Shown here one piece after another: positions 19,833 through 29,293 of a stretch of 64,000 nucleotides of DNA; the stretch's first letter is position 1, and every line of letters begins with the position of its first letter. The DNA is taken from contig CAVRKE010000001.1 in the NCBI GenBank assembly GCA_963722305.1, forward strand, positions 12,312 through 76,311, in the 5' to 3' direction. The notes beneath the pieces are model-generated. The model did no database searches, was not told the DNA's origin, and was given only the letters and a program-made list of their open reading frames with translations. The position numbers and the translations under genes were made by a program. Source of the stretch: Candidatus Levyibacteriota bacterium (GTDB lineage: Bacteria; Patescibacteriota; Microgenomatia; Levybacterales; UBA12049).

Positions 19833-21442
19833 AAAAAATACTGAACTGGAAATTGGCTTTAATCTTAGTTGTTTTACTGGCTGCGACTTTAAGGTTTTAT
19901 GCCTTGGACAAAATTCCGGCCAGTTTAAACCCCGACGAAGTCGCTTTGGGCTACAACGCTTTTTCGCTATTGCATACAGGTGCGGACGAACACGGTGTTT
20001 TCCTTCCCTTGGCGCTGCAGTCTTTTGGTGATTGGAAGCTTCCCGGATATTCATATGTTAGCATACTTCCAATTGCGCTATTTGGGCTTAACGCTTTTTC
20101 CGTGAGAATTACCAGCGCTATCGCCGGAGTGGTCGGTGTAATCTTAATCTATTTCATCACTTTCCGGCTTTTTAAAAGGAAAAGTTTAGCATTACTGACT
20201 GCTTTACTTTTTGCTTTATCTCCGTGGAGTATTTATTTTTCCAGAGCCGCCTACGAGGTGAATTTGGCGACGACCTTTTTTCTGGTTGGACTATTTAGTT
20301 TTCTTAAGTTTCTCGATGTAGAAAAAAATAGAATTTGGTGGAGCATTTTGTCGGTGATTTTCTTTGGAATGACCGTATTCACCTACAATTCTTACATCAT
20401 CTTCACCCCGCTTTTCCTGCTTGGCTTAGGTTACTTTTTTAGAAAAGAGATTAAATTTAATTGGCGTCTGTTAGCGCCGCTTGCAATGCTTGTAATATTT
20501 GTGGGAGCATCTTTCTATTCTTCTATTTTTACCAGTACCAATAAAACCTCAACACTGCTGGTTTTTAACGACCCAAATACTATTTATAACCGGGTTGAAA
20601 AAATAAGAGGTGACAAGGCTTCGACCAACCCGTTGGAAAAAGTGATTTACAATAAATTTACCGGCGGTCTCTATCAATTCGGACAAAATTATTTAAGTGC
20701 TTTTTCTCCGTCATTTCTGTTTGATAAAGGCGGGGATAAATTGGTAGATAACTTGGGATACTTTGGAAATATCTACTTGATTGATGCTTTGTTTATTTTC
20801 ACCGGTTTTGCCGGTTTATTTCTGCAAAAGGAAAAAAACCTGAAAATACTGTTGCTGTGGTTATTTTTGTCCCCCATTCCGGCTGCTTTGACAAAATCAC
20901 CGCAAAGTTCAACCAGGTTATTTTTACTGATGCCGATACTGGTAATCATTTCAGCTTACGGTGCTGTTCAAATTATTGAGTTTCTGAAAGGAAGAAACCT
21001 GATAAACTATTGCCTGAAGCTGCTCGTTCTCGTTCTATTTATTTATAACGTGGCGTTATTTATGGATGGTTATTTTGTGCATTTAAATGTACAAAGAGCC
21101 AGGTTTTGGGATTACGGATACCAGCAGGCAGTAGAGCTTTCGCAAAAATATCCCGATTATAAAGTAGTGATGCGGGGCCCGGAAAATTTTCCCTACATCT
21201 ATTTTCTTTTTTACAACCAATACGACCCAAATAAGTTCAGAAAAGAGGTTAAGTATTATCCCTTGACCAGCGAAGGTTTTTTATATGTTAAAAGTTTTGG
21301 AAAATTTAGTTTTCCCGAAACAATTGATAATCTTCGGTTGGAGCCCAAGACAATTTATATTGACGATAATTACCTAAGATATAAGGATAAAATTTATCTT
21401 CCTTCAGGTGACGCCGTTCTGTCGTATCTAATCAATAAATGA
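19829..21442 (+). CDS. Pmt/ArnT-like GT-C glycosyltransferase (paralog 1 of a tandem triplet)
   Basis: 'IPASLNPDEVALGYNAFSLLHTGADEHGVFLPL..FGDWKLPGY'. C-terminal 'WDYGYQQAV..FPYIYFLFYNQYDP'. Confidence 0.75.
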   Translation: MKKILNWKLALILVVLLAATLRFYALDKIPASLNPDEVALGYNAFSLLHTGADEHGVFLPLALQSFGDWKLPGYSYVSILPIALFGLNAFSVRITSAIAGVVGVILIYFITFRLFKRKSLALLTALLFALSPWSIYFSRAAYEVNLATTFFLVGLFSFLKFLDVEKNRIWWSILSVIFFGMTVFTYNSYIIFTPLFLLGLGYFFRKEIKFNWRLLAPLAMLVIFVGASFYSSIFTSTNKTSTLLVFNDPNTIYNRVEKIRGDKASTNPLEKVIYNKFTGGLYQFGQNYLSAFSPSFLFDKGGDKLVDNLGYFGNIYLIDALFIFTGFAGLFLQKEKNLKILLLWLFLSPIPAALTKSPQSSTRLFLLMPILVIISAYGAVQIIEFLKGRNLINYCLKLLVLVLFIYNVALFMDGYFVHLNVQRARFWDYGYQQAVELSQKYPDYKVVMRGPENFPYIYFLFYNQYDPNKFRKEVKYYPLTSEGFLYVKSFGKFSFPETIDNLRLEPKTIYIDDNYLRYKDKIYLPSGDAVLSYLINK

Positions 21443-23058
21443 AAAAAATTTATTTGCTGTTGTTTGCCATAATACTGCTTGCCGGGTTTTTAAGGCTCTA
21501 TAGCTTAGGGTTTAATCCGCCTTCCTTGGATTGGGATGAAGCCGCCTGGGGATACAACGCTTATTCCCTGGGTCTTGACGGAAAAGACGAATTCGGAAGG
21601 TTTTTGCCCATTACTTACTTGGAATCTTTTGGCGATTACAAACCACCACTATATGCATATTTGGATATTGTTCCCGTCAAAGTGTTGGGACTAAACGAAT
21701 TTGCAACCAGATTCCCCTCGGCCTTGATTGGAACATTGGCGGTGCTTTTAACTTTTTTCCTGGTTAAAAGGTTATTCTGGAAATCTAAAAATGCAAATGC
21801 ATACGCTTTAACGGCCAGTTTTTTCCTGGCCATTTCCCCCTGGCATATTTTATTATCGCGGGCGGCTTTCGAAGCCAATGTCGCCAGTTTTTTGATAATG
21901 TTCGGGGTTTGGGCGTTTTTAGCCGGTGTACAGGATAAAAAGTGGTATCTTATCTTATCCGCCATTGCTTTTGCGCTCTCTTTTTACACCTTTAATACCG
22001 CCAGAGTTGTTTCGCCGATTTTAGTACTGCTTCTGGCGATTTGTTTTAGAAAAAAATTATGGGAAATAAAAAAAGTGGCGTTTTTCGCCGTTTTAGTCGG
22101 ATTTCTAATTTTTCTTCCGACTGCCAAATTCTTACTTAGTCCGCAAGCAGGTACCAGATTTCAAGAAGTAAACATTTTTTCGGACCCAGATATAGTCAAG
22201 ACTTCAAACCAGGAAATCGCCAATGACTCAAATGCTGTCTGGTCAAAAGTTATCCATAACCGCAGATTCCTTTACGGACTTGATTATCTGCAGCATTTTT
22301 TTGATAACTTAAATCCGAGCTTTCTATTTATAAGCGGTGACAATAATCCTAAATTTTCGACCCAAAATGTCGGTCAGATGTATATTTGGGATATCCCATT
22401 TTTTGTTTGCGGCATTCTGCTTTTACTGAAAAAAAAGGAGAAGAACTGGTGGTTAATCCCTTTGTGGCTTTTAATCGGAATTATCCCCGCCGCCACCGCC
22501 AAAGAAACGCCTCATGCCTTAAGAATAGAATCTTCTTTGCCGACTTTTCAAATACTGGCCGCATATGGCTTTGTCCAATTAGCTGACGCTATTAAGAAAT
22601 ATAAAAAAGCGATAGTTGGTTGTTTATTGTTTCTGCTGTTTTTAAATTTTACTTATTTTTGCCATGATTATTTCACTAACTATATTTCCCAATACTCCGG
22701 TGAATGGCAATACGGTTATAAGCAATCAATCGATTATGTCAAATCCGTCGAAAAGAATTATGATTTTGTGCAGATTACAACTTACTTTGGCAGGCCCTAC
22801 ATTTACTATCTTTTCTATACCAAGACCAATCCCGGGTATTTTCGAGAAACTGCCAATGTCACCAGAGACGTTTTTGGTTTTGTGTCGGTTAACGGCTTTG
22901 GTAAATATCTGTTCCCGCAAAATTATAACTATAACTTAAGCGCTACCAAGAAGGTTCTTTATCTAAACACTTCCGATAGTGTGCCAAAAGGCGCTAAAAT
23001 TTTGCAGAGATTTTATTTATTAAACGGTAAGGAAATCATGGATGCCTATACAATATGA
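21439..23058 (+). CDS. Pmt/ArnT-like GT-C glycosyltransferase (paralog 2)
   Basis: 'PPSLDWDEAAWGYNAYSLGLDGKDEFGRFLPI..FGDYKPPLY'. C-terminal 'WQYGYKQSI..RPYIYYLFY'. Confidence 0.75.
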   Translation: MKKIYLLLFAIILLAGFLRLYSLGFNPPSLDWDEAAWGYNAYSLGLDGKDEFGRFLPITYLESFGDYKPPLYAYLDIVPVKVLGLNEFATRFPSALIGTLAVLLTFFLVKRLFWKSKNANAYALTASFFLAISPWHILLSRAAFEANVASFLIMFGVWAFLAGVQDKKWYLILSAIAFALSFYTFNTARVVSPILVLLLAICFRKKLWEIKKVAFFAVLVGFLIFLPTAKFLLSPQAGTRFQEVNIFSDPDIVKTSNQEIANDSNAVWSKVIHNRRFLYGLDYLQHFFDNLNPSFLFISGDNNPKFSTQNVGQMYIWDIPFFVCGILLLLKKKEKNWWLIPLWLLIGIIPAATAKETPHALRIESSLPTFQILAAYGFVQLADAIKKYKKAIVGCLLFLLFLNFTYFCHDYFTNYISQYSGEWQYGYKQSIDYVKSVEKNYDFVQITTYFGRPYIYYLFYTKTNPGYFRETANVTRDVFGFVSVNGFGKYLFPQNYNYNLSATKKVLYLNTSDSVPKGAKILQRFYLLNGKEIMDAYTI

Positions 23059-24686
23059 ATAAAAAACTAATTTGGATAATCTTAATTGCAATTGTTGTTC
23101 TTGGAGGGGTTTTGCGACTTTGGCAGCTTGGACAGACGCCGGCTTCTCCGGATTGGGATGAAGTGGCGCTCGGCTATGACAGCTATTCGATTCTTACTAC
23201 CGGCAGGGACCAGTTTGGTCAGTTTTTGCCGGTGGTGCTTCGCTCATTGAATGATTACAAGCCGGCGCTTTATGCCTATCTGACTATTCCCTCAATTGCC
23301 GCTTTTGGTTTAAATATTTTCGCCGTAAGGCTTCCTTCGGCAATTTTTGGGATATTGTCGATTATAGGAGTTTTTTACCTGGTCCAAGAACTTTTCGAAA
23401 ACCATAAATTTAAAAATTGGCTGTCCTTAATTGCCAGTTTTTTATTTGCAATATCGCCGTGGTCAATTCAGTTTTCCAGAGTTGCCTTTGAGTCAAACGT
23501 CGGAACCGCTTTAAATATTTTTGCCGCGTTGTTTTTCTTAAAAGGTCTTAAAAAACCGTGGTGGTTGTGGCTTTCGGCAATTTTGGCCGGATTATCCATT
23601 TACGCTTATCAAAGCGAAAAAGTATTCACGCCGCTTTTAGCTCTAGTTTTGCTGCTAATTTTTAGAAAACAGCTGTTTTCTAAAAAAAAGCAATACCTTA
23701 TTTCTGCTTTTATCATCGGGGCAATAGTGGTGCTGCCAATGTTATTTTACACGTTTACCGATAAATCATCTCTGGCAAGATTGCAAGGAACCAGCGTTTT
23801 TGCCTCTCAAACAGAGCTCTTAAAGGCAAATTTACAAAAACTTAGTCGGGACCAGCTAAATAATGATAAGCTGGGGCTTATTTTAGACAACCGGAGGATT
23901 GTTTATGCCAAGACAATTTTGCAGAATTATTTATCGCATTTTGACCTAAACTGGTTGTTTATTACCGGCGATATTGCCAGGCACCACGCCCACGACATGG
24001 GAATTTTATATTTATTCGACCTGCCGTTTATTTTCCTTGGGATATATTGGCTTTTGTTTGGAGAATTCGACAAAAAAACAAAATTGGTCATCTTCTCCTG
24101 GATTTTGCTTGCTCCAATTCCTGCGTCGATTACCACCGGAGTTCCCAGCGCGGTCAGAACGCTTAATTTTCTGCCGGCTTTACAGATTTTAACGGCAGTG
24201 GGAATTTTAGCGGCGTTTACGACGGTTCAGAAATACAAACAGGGAAAATATGTTCTACTTACGGTTTGCGGGTTATTATTCTTGTTTAATTTTGCTTATT
24301 ATTTAAATCAGTATTTTGTGCAGGATAATTACTATGATTCGGCTTACTGGCAATACGGTTATAAACAAGCTGTAGCGGAAGCAAAATTGATTGGAAATAA
24401 CTACAAACAGATTGTGGTTTCCGATAAATATCCTATGGATAACTCACAGGAATTCTTCCTTTTTTATCTTCAGTTTTCGCCAAGTGAGTATCAAAAGAGA
24501 GGAGCATATTCTCTAAATCACTCTTTTGGAAAATATACCTTCAGGGCAATTAATTGGCAAAAGGATTCTGCAAGTAAGGATATTCTATATATTGGTTCTC
24601 CGGGAGAATTTCCGCAAAATAGCCAAAGCCTAAAAACAATTTACAATTTGGGCGGTTCAGCGGCCATAAAAATAGTTGGAACATAA
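23055..24686 (+). CDS. Pmt/ArnT-like GT-C glycosyltransferase (paralog 3)
   Basis: 'PASPDWDEVALGYDSYSILTTGRDQFGQFLPV..LNDYKPALY'. C-terminal 'WQYGYKQAV', 'GSPGEFPQN' and 'IKIVGT'. Confidence 0.75.
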   Translation: MNKKLIWIILIAIVVLGGVLRLWQLGQTPASPDWDEVALGYDSYSILTTGRDQFGQFLPVVLRSLNDYKPALYAYLTIPSIAAFGLNIFAVRLPSAIFGILSIIGVFYLVQELFENHKFKNWLSLIASFLFAISPWSIQFSRVAFESNVGTALNIFAALFFLKGLKKPWWLWLSAILAGLSIYAYQSEKVFTPLLALVLLLIFRKQLFSKKKQYLISAFIIGAIVVLPMLFYTFTDKSSLARLQGTSVFASQTELLKANLQKLSRDQLNNDKLGLILDNRRIVYAKTILQNYLSHFDLNWLFITGDIARHHAHDMGILYLFDLPFIFLGIYWLLFGEFDKKTKLVIFSWILLAPIPASITTGVPSAVRTLNFLPALQILTAVGILAAFTTVQKYKQGKYVLLTVCGLLFLFNFAYYLNQYFVQDNYYDSAYWQYGYKQAVAEAKLIGNNYKQIVVSDKYPMDNSQEFFLFYLQFSPSEYQKRGAYSLNHSFGKYTFRAINWQKDSASKDILYIGSPGEFPQNSQSLKTIYNLGGSAAIKIVGT

Positions 24687-25976
24687 ATGAAAAAAGTTTT
24701 CAAGAAGGCTTTAAAGTTCATTTTACAGCACAAAGCTACAATTTTTGTCCTGTTGATTTTTTTATGCGAACTTTTCTTAAGGTTTTACCAATTCGACCAA
24801 AAAAATCCATTCGGTTATGACCAGGTTGACAACGCCTGGGCGGCTAAAAACCTAATCGTCAATCACCAGTTTCCGTTGGTCGGTATGGTCGCCAAAGGCA
24901 ATAGCGGGATTTATATCGGGCCGCTTTATTATTATTTAATCGCTATCTTTTATTGGCTATTTAATTTAAACCCGATTGCTTCGGGAATTTTCGCCGGCGT
25001 GACCAGCATTTTTACTTTTTGGGTATTATTTTACTTTGTCAGAAAACTGTTCAATACCGAAGTGGCTTTAATCGCAGTGCTAATTAATACTTTTATTTTC
25101 TCCGGAATAATGTTTGACCGGGTACAGTGGCCTGTTGCTTTTATTCCTTCTGTTTCGTTAATAATTTTCTACCTTCTTTATAAAGTCTTGCTGGGACAAC
25201 CCAAATACCTGGTTTGGTTGGCCGTGGCGGTAGGTTTTATGTTCAGCGTCCATTTTACCGTGATATTTTTTCCGATTATTATTCTACTGACCCTGCCGCT
25301 TTTTCCAAGAACTAAAGAAACCGTAAGATATTTATTGTTATCTGTTCCGGTCCTTATTTTATTTTTAGCGCCAAATATTATTTATCAGCTAGTTCACAAG
25401 GGTGCAAGCGGAACGTTGGTTGAATATATCAAGGACAATTTGCACGGTTTCCACTTAAGAAGAGTTCTCCAACTAACGGATGATGCTTTAATCCAGTTTA
25501 ACAATTATTTGGGTTGGACCTTTGGAAAATATCTTAAATATCTCGTTCTGCCAATATTTTTCGTTTTATATTTATATAATTCAGTCAACAAGAAAAAGTT
25601 GATTTTCGTTTATCTAATTTTACTCTGGTTTATTGTTCCATGGTTAGTTTTTGCCTTATATAGGGGAGAGATTAGCGACTATTATTTTTCAATTAATCGG
25701 TTTATTGCCTTAGCAACTTTAGCTTATCTTATTTACAGAGTTTGGAATTTGAAATTTGTATTAACAAAAGCAGCGGTAGTGGTGGGGCTTGTAGCCTTAT
25801 GTCTATTTAACTTAGGGCTTTTCTGGCCTTATCAGAATGAAACCAGTCTTCAGGTTAAGGAAAAAGAGGCCTTAAGTAAAATCAGCTTGGGCGAAAAAAT
25901 TAACTATCAGCAGGGGGTTCCGGAAGCTTACATTTACTATTATTTAACAACGCAGAAGGATAAGAATGTTCACTAA
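24687..25976 (+). CDS. Polytopic membrane protein 'family B' (putative GT-C glycosyltransferase, DxxRD loop motif)
   Basis: 'FGYDQVDNAWAAKNLIVNHQFPLVGMVAKGNSGIYIGPLYYYL' followed by about 10 TM helices. Confidence 0.5.
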   Translation: MKKVFKKALKFILQHKATIFVLLIFLCELFLRFYQFDQKNPFGYDQVDNAWAAKNLIVNHQFPLVGMVAKGNSGIYIGPLYYYLIAIFYWLFNLNPIASGIFAGVTSIFTFWVLFYFVRKLFNTEVALIAVLINTFIFSGIMFDRVQWPVAFIPSVSLIIFYLLYKVLLGQPKYLVWLAVAVGFMFSVHFTVIFFPIIILLTLPLFPRTKETVRYLLLSVPVLILFLAPNIIYQLVHKGASGTLVEYIKDNLHGFHLRRVLQLTDDALIQFNNYLGWTFGKYLKYLVLPIFFVLYLYNSVNKKKLIFVYLILLWFIVPWLVFALYRGEISDYYFSINRFIALATLAYLIYRVWNLKFVLTKAAVVVGLVALCLFNLGLFWPYQNETSLQVKEKEALSKISLGEKINYQQGVPEAYIYYYLTTQKDKNVH

Positions 25977-27432
25977 ATTATTTAAGCAAGCTGCTACTCA
26001 GTTTTTTAAGCATCAGAAGCTCATTTTCTATGTATTGTTATTATTGCTATTGTTTCTTGCTTTATTCCCTAGATTAATAGTGTTATTGAACCAAAATCCG
26101 GTTTTTGGTTTTGATCAGGGTCGGGATTACCTGGCGGTGAAAAGCATCATCGTTGACCATAAACTGACTCTAATTGGGGAAGAGCTTGGTGCGGGGGCTG
26201 CGGGAATTTCCGGAATTTTTCAGGGACCTTTTTATTATTACCTTCTCACCATCCCGTTTATTTTGTTCAACGGAAACCCCGTCGGCGGTGTTTATGTGAT
26301 GATTGCCTTAAGTTTATTGACCATTCTAGCCGGATATTATTTGGGAAATAAGTGTTTTGGCAGATGGGGTGGGTTGTTAACAGGTTTGTTAATTGCTATA
26401 TCACCAATTTTAATCGGTGAGGCAAAATTTATTTGGAACCCGCACTGTCCGCCGTTTTTTATCCTTTTGACTTTTATTTTTCTCTACCTATTTATGATTA
26501 AGAAGAAAGGTTTATTTATTTTCCTGACAGCATTTTTTGCCGGATTTATTTACAATTTCGAAATTGCCGTTTCCGTGCCGGTATCGTTAACCTTAGTTAT
26601 TTTTAGTATTTTCTTGTTTGGAAAAAGCTTAAAATATTACTTTTATTTACTGTTGGGACTTTTACTGGCGTACTCACCGGCAATGCTGTTTGAAGTACGT
26701 CACCACTTTATGGCCATGCATAGTTTCGCTGCGTATCTTACCAACCACAACCAATTAGGCAACATTCCAAATTCTTTTTATGTTGTTAATCATTTGAGGG
26801 CATTTGTTGATATTTTTTCGGAAAGTCTTCAGATAACAAACTTTGATGTTGCCTTATTTTGTCTTTTGGCCGTTATTTTGCTAAGCGTTTTCTTGCTACT
26901 TAAAGAAAAGAATCAATCTCTCAAGAAAATGGTTATTTTTATGCTGCTGCTAATACCTGTCAATTATGTTGTTTTTTATTTTTTGAAAAACTGGCTGTGG
27001 ACTTATTATTTAACCGATTTAACCATCGCTTACATATTTTTACTTTCTTATATTATTTATACATTCTGCAAAAGAAAATATTATAAATCTAGCGCATTGC
27101 TCCTCCTGGTCGTTGGTTTTCTGGTTTTGGTTGGTTTGGTAAACTCGATTCAGACTTCCATCCACGATTATTCCGATTACGGTGGTACTGCCAAATTAAA
27201 AGGTAAGGAGGATGCCATAGATTATATTTATAAGCAAGCGAAAGGCAAACCGTTTGGAATGTTTGTTTTTTCACCGCCAATTTATACTTACCCTTATGAT
27301 TATTTGATTTGGTGGTATGGAGAAAGAAAATATGGTTATGTTCCTTATGCAGAAAAAAAAGACAGGTCTTTTTACTTATCGAAAAAGATCCATATCAGCC
27401 CTGGACTTATCAGGGGTGGCTGCAAACAGTAA
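25966..27432 (+). CDS. Family B polytopic membrane protein (putative GT-C)
   Basis: 'FGFDQGRDYLAVKSIIVDHKLTLIGEELGAGAAGISGIFQGPFYYYL'. It is a paralog of 24687, 46472-48017 and 51562. Confidence 0.5.
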   Translation: MFTKLFKQAATQFFKHQKLIFYVLLLLLLFLALFPRLIVLLNQNPVFGFDQGRDYLAVKSIIVDHKLTLIGEELGAGAAGISGIFQGPFYYYLLTIPFILFNGNPVGGVYVMIALSLLTILAGYYLGNKCFGRWGGLLTGLLIAISPILIGEAKFIWNPHCPPFFILLTFIFLYLFMIKKKGLFIFLTAFFAGFIYNFEIAVSVPVSLTLVIFSIFLFGKSLKYYFYLLLGLLLAYSPAMLFEVRHHFMAMHSFAAYLTNHNQLGNIPNSFYVVNHLRAFVDIFSESLQITNFDVALFCLLAVILLSVFLLLKEKNQSLKKMVIFMLLLIPVNYVVFYFLKNWLWTYYLTDLTIAYIFLLSYIIYTFCKRKYYKSSALLLLVVGFLVLVGLVNSIQTSIHDYSDYGGTAKLKGKEDAIDYIYKQAKGKPFGMFVFSPPIYTYPYDYLIWWYGERKYGYVPYAEKKDRSFYLSKKIHISPGLIRGGCKQ

Positions 27433-27517
27433 TCAAAACGGGTACAATTGTTAAAACAACTACGCTGCCAAGCGGGTTTATCGTCCAGCAAAGAACCTTC
27501 TAGTTTCCTCACTTAGT

Positions 27518-27546
27518 TTGTAAATTCAGGGCTTTGTTGTTATGAT
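27518..27546 (+). promoter_or_regulatory. Candidate sigma70-like promoter (TTGTAA-17-TATGAT) upstream of the GT2 gene at 27555
   Basis: TTGTAA 27518-27523, a 17-nt spacer and TATGAT 27541-27546. The ATG is 8 nt downstream. Confidence 0.3.
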
Positions 27547-27554
27547 ATTTAGGC

Positions 27555-28331
27555 ATGGCAAGAAAAACTTTATCCGTCGTGTTGGCCACTTATAACGAAG
27601 AAGCAAATTTGGCAAGTTGTTTAGATAGTGTTAAGGATTTGGCCGATGAGATAATCATTGTTGATGGAAGCTCGACCGATAAAACCGTCGAAATTGCCAA
27701 AAAGTATGGCGCAGTTGTGAAAGTCACTACTAATAAGCAAAACTTCCACATCAATAAGCAAATGGCTATTGACATGGCAACGAAGGATTGGGTTTTGCAA
27801 CTTGATGGTGATGAGCAGGTGTCAAAAGAACAAGCAGAAGAAATTGCAGAAGTTTTGGAGAAAGATTCAAACGAGTTTAACGGCTATTGGATGCCGAGAA
27901 AAAACTGGTTTTTGGGAAGGTTTTTACTAAAAGGCGGACAGTATCCGGACTATACTTTAAGGTTTTATCGAAACGGTAAGGGCAGGCTTCCGCAAAAGGA
28001 TGTTCATGAACAGGCGGTAGTTGAGGGGAAAGTCGGCTATCTGAAAAATGCTCTTTTGCATTACCCATACAAAAATTTTTCGCACTATTTAAATAAATGG
28101 AACAGATATAACGTGTTTTTTGCAGGGCAAATTAAAGAAGAGCAACGAAGCAAAAATATCCTGCAAAGGTTATTTTATGCTTTTCTTTATTTATTTATTA
28201 AACCGGCGCACTGGTTTTTGACAACCTTTTTTAGGCATAAAGGATTTGTCGATTCGTGGCAGGGTTTTGTGTTTTCACTCTTTTCAGCTCTAAGATTTCC
28301 GGTTTCATATATAATATACTTAACAACATGA
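27555..28331 (+). CDS. GT2 glycosyltransferase (WaaE/KdtX-like)
   Basis: 'LSVVLATYNEEANLASCLDSVKDLADEIIIVDGSSTDKTVEIA' and 'LQLDGDEQV'. Confidence 0.8.
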   Translation: MARKTLSVVLATYNEEANLASCLDSVKDLADEIIIVDGSSTDKTVEIAKKYGAVVKVTTNKQNFHINKQMAIDMATKDWVLQLDGDEQVSKEQAEEIAEVLEKDSNEFNGYWMPRKNWFLGRFLLKGGQYPDYTLRFYRNGKGRLPQKDVHEQAVVEGKVGYLKNALLHYPYKNFSHYLNKWNRYNVFFAGQIKEEQRSKNILQRLFYAFLYLFIKPAHWFLTTFFRHKGFVDSWQGFVFSLFSALRFPVSYIIYLTT

Positions 28332-29293
28332 AAATTTTAGTCACCGGTGGTGCGGGATATATCGGCAGTATAACCGTAAAATTACTGCAGGACAAAGGAC
28401 ATCAGCCGGTTGTATTTGATAATTTAATTTATGGGCATAAGGAAGCAGTTAGTTGTCCGCTGATTGTCGGGGATTTATTGGATAAAGACTTTCTTTTTAA
28501 GAGCTTTGCAGAGGAAAAATTTGATGCCGTAATTCATTTTGCCGCTTACGCTTTGGCCGGAGAGTCAATGGAAAATCCTTATAAGTACTTTTATAACAAT
28601 ATTCAGGGAGGATTGAATCTACTTGATTTGATGAGGCAAAATAACATTCCAGACATAATTTTTTCTTCAACTTGTTCTATTTATGGCACGCCAAAAGTTT
28701 TACCGGTAAGTGAAGATGAAGCGAAGAAACCGGAAAGCGTTTATGGCGAGTCTAAGCTGATGTTTGAAAAAATTCTTGATTGGTACGACACAATTTACAA
28801 AATAAAGCACATAAGCCTTCGCTATTTTAATGCCGCGGGCGCGGCCTTAGATGCAAGTCTAGGAGAGGATCATAATCCCGAGAGCCACATCATCCCGGTG
28901 GCAATAAAAGCGGCAATTAATAATCAGCCGTTTAATCTTTTTGGAGACGATTATTCCACCAAAGACGGCACTTGTATTAGAGATTATATTCATGTCCAGG
29001 ATTTGGCCGAAGTGCACATTCAGGCAATAAATAAGCTAAAGGAGACTAAAACCAGTGACGCCTTCAATCTGGGTACAGGCAATGGTTATTCTAACCTTGA
29101 GGTGTTAGAGATGGTCAAGAAAGTAAGCGGCATAAATCTTCAGATTGTCAAGAAACCAAGAAGAGCAGGGGATCCGCCAATGATTTTTGCCGATAACAAA
29201 AAAGCCAAAAAAGAGTTGGGTTTTAACCCTCAGTACTCAGATCTTGAGACAATTGTCAAAACCGCTTGGCAATGGCACAAAAAACAAAGTTAA
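28328..29293 (+). CDS. galE: UDP-glucose 4-epimerase (NAD-dependent epimerase/dehydratase, GalE-like)
   Basis: 'MKILVTGGAGYIGS' Rossmann motif, 'YGTPKVLPVSEDE' and 'YGESKLMFEKIL' (YxxxK). About 320 aa. The ATG at 28328 overlaps the upstream stop (ATGA). Confidence 0.8.
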   Translation: MKILVTGGAGYIGSITVKLLQDKGHQPVVFDNLIYGHKEAVSCPLIVGDLLDKDFLFKSFAEEKFDAVIHFAAYALAGESMENPYKYFYNNIQGGLNLLDLMRQNNIPDIIFSSTCSIYGTPKVLPVSEDEAKKPESVYGESKLMFEKILDWYDTIYKIKHISLRYFNAAGAALDASLGEDHNPESHIIPVAIKAAINNQPFNLFGDDYSTKDGTCIRDYIHVQDLAEVHIQAINKLKETKTSDAFNLGTGNGYSNLEVLEMVKKVSGINLQIVKKPRRAGDPPMIFADNKKAKKELGFNPQYSDLETIVKTAWQWHKKQS

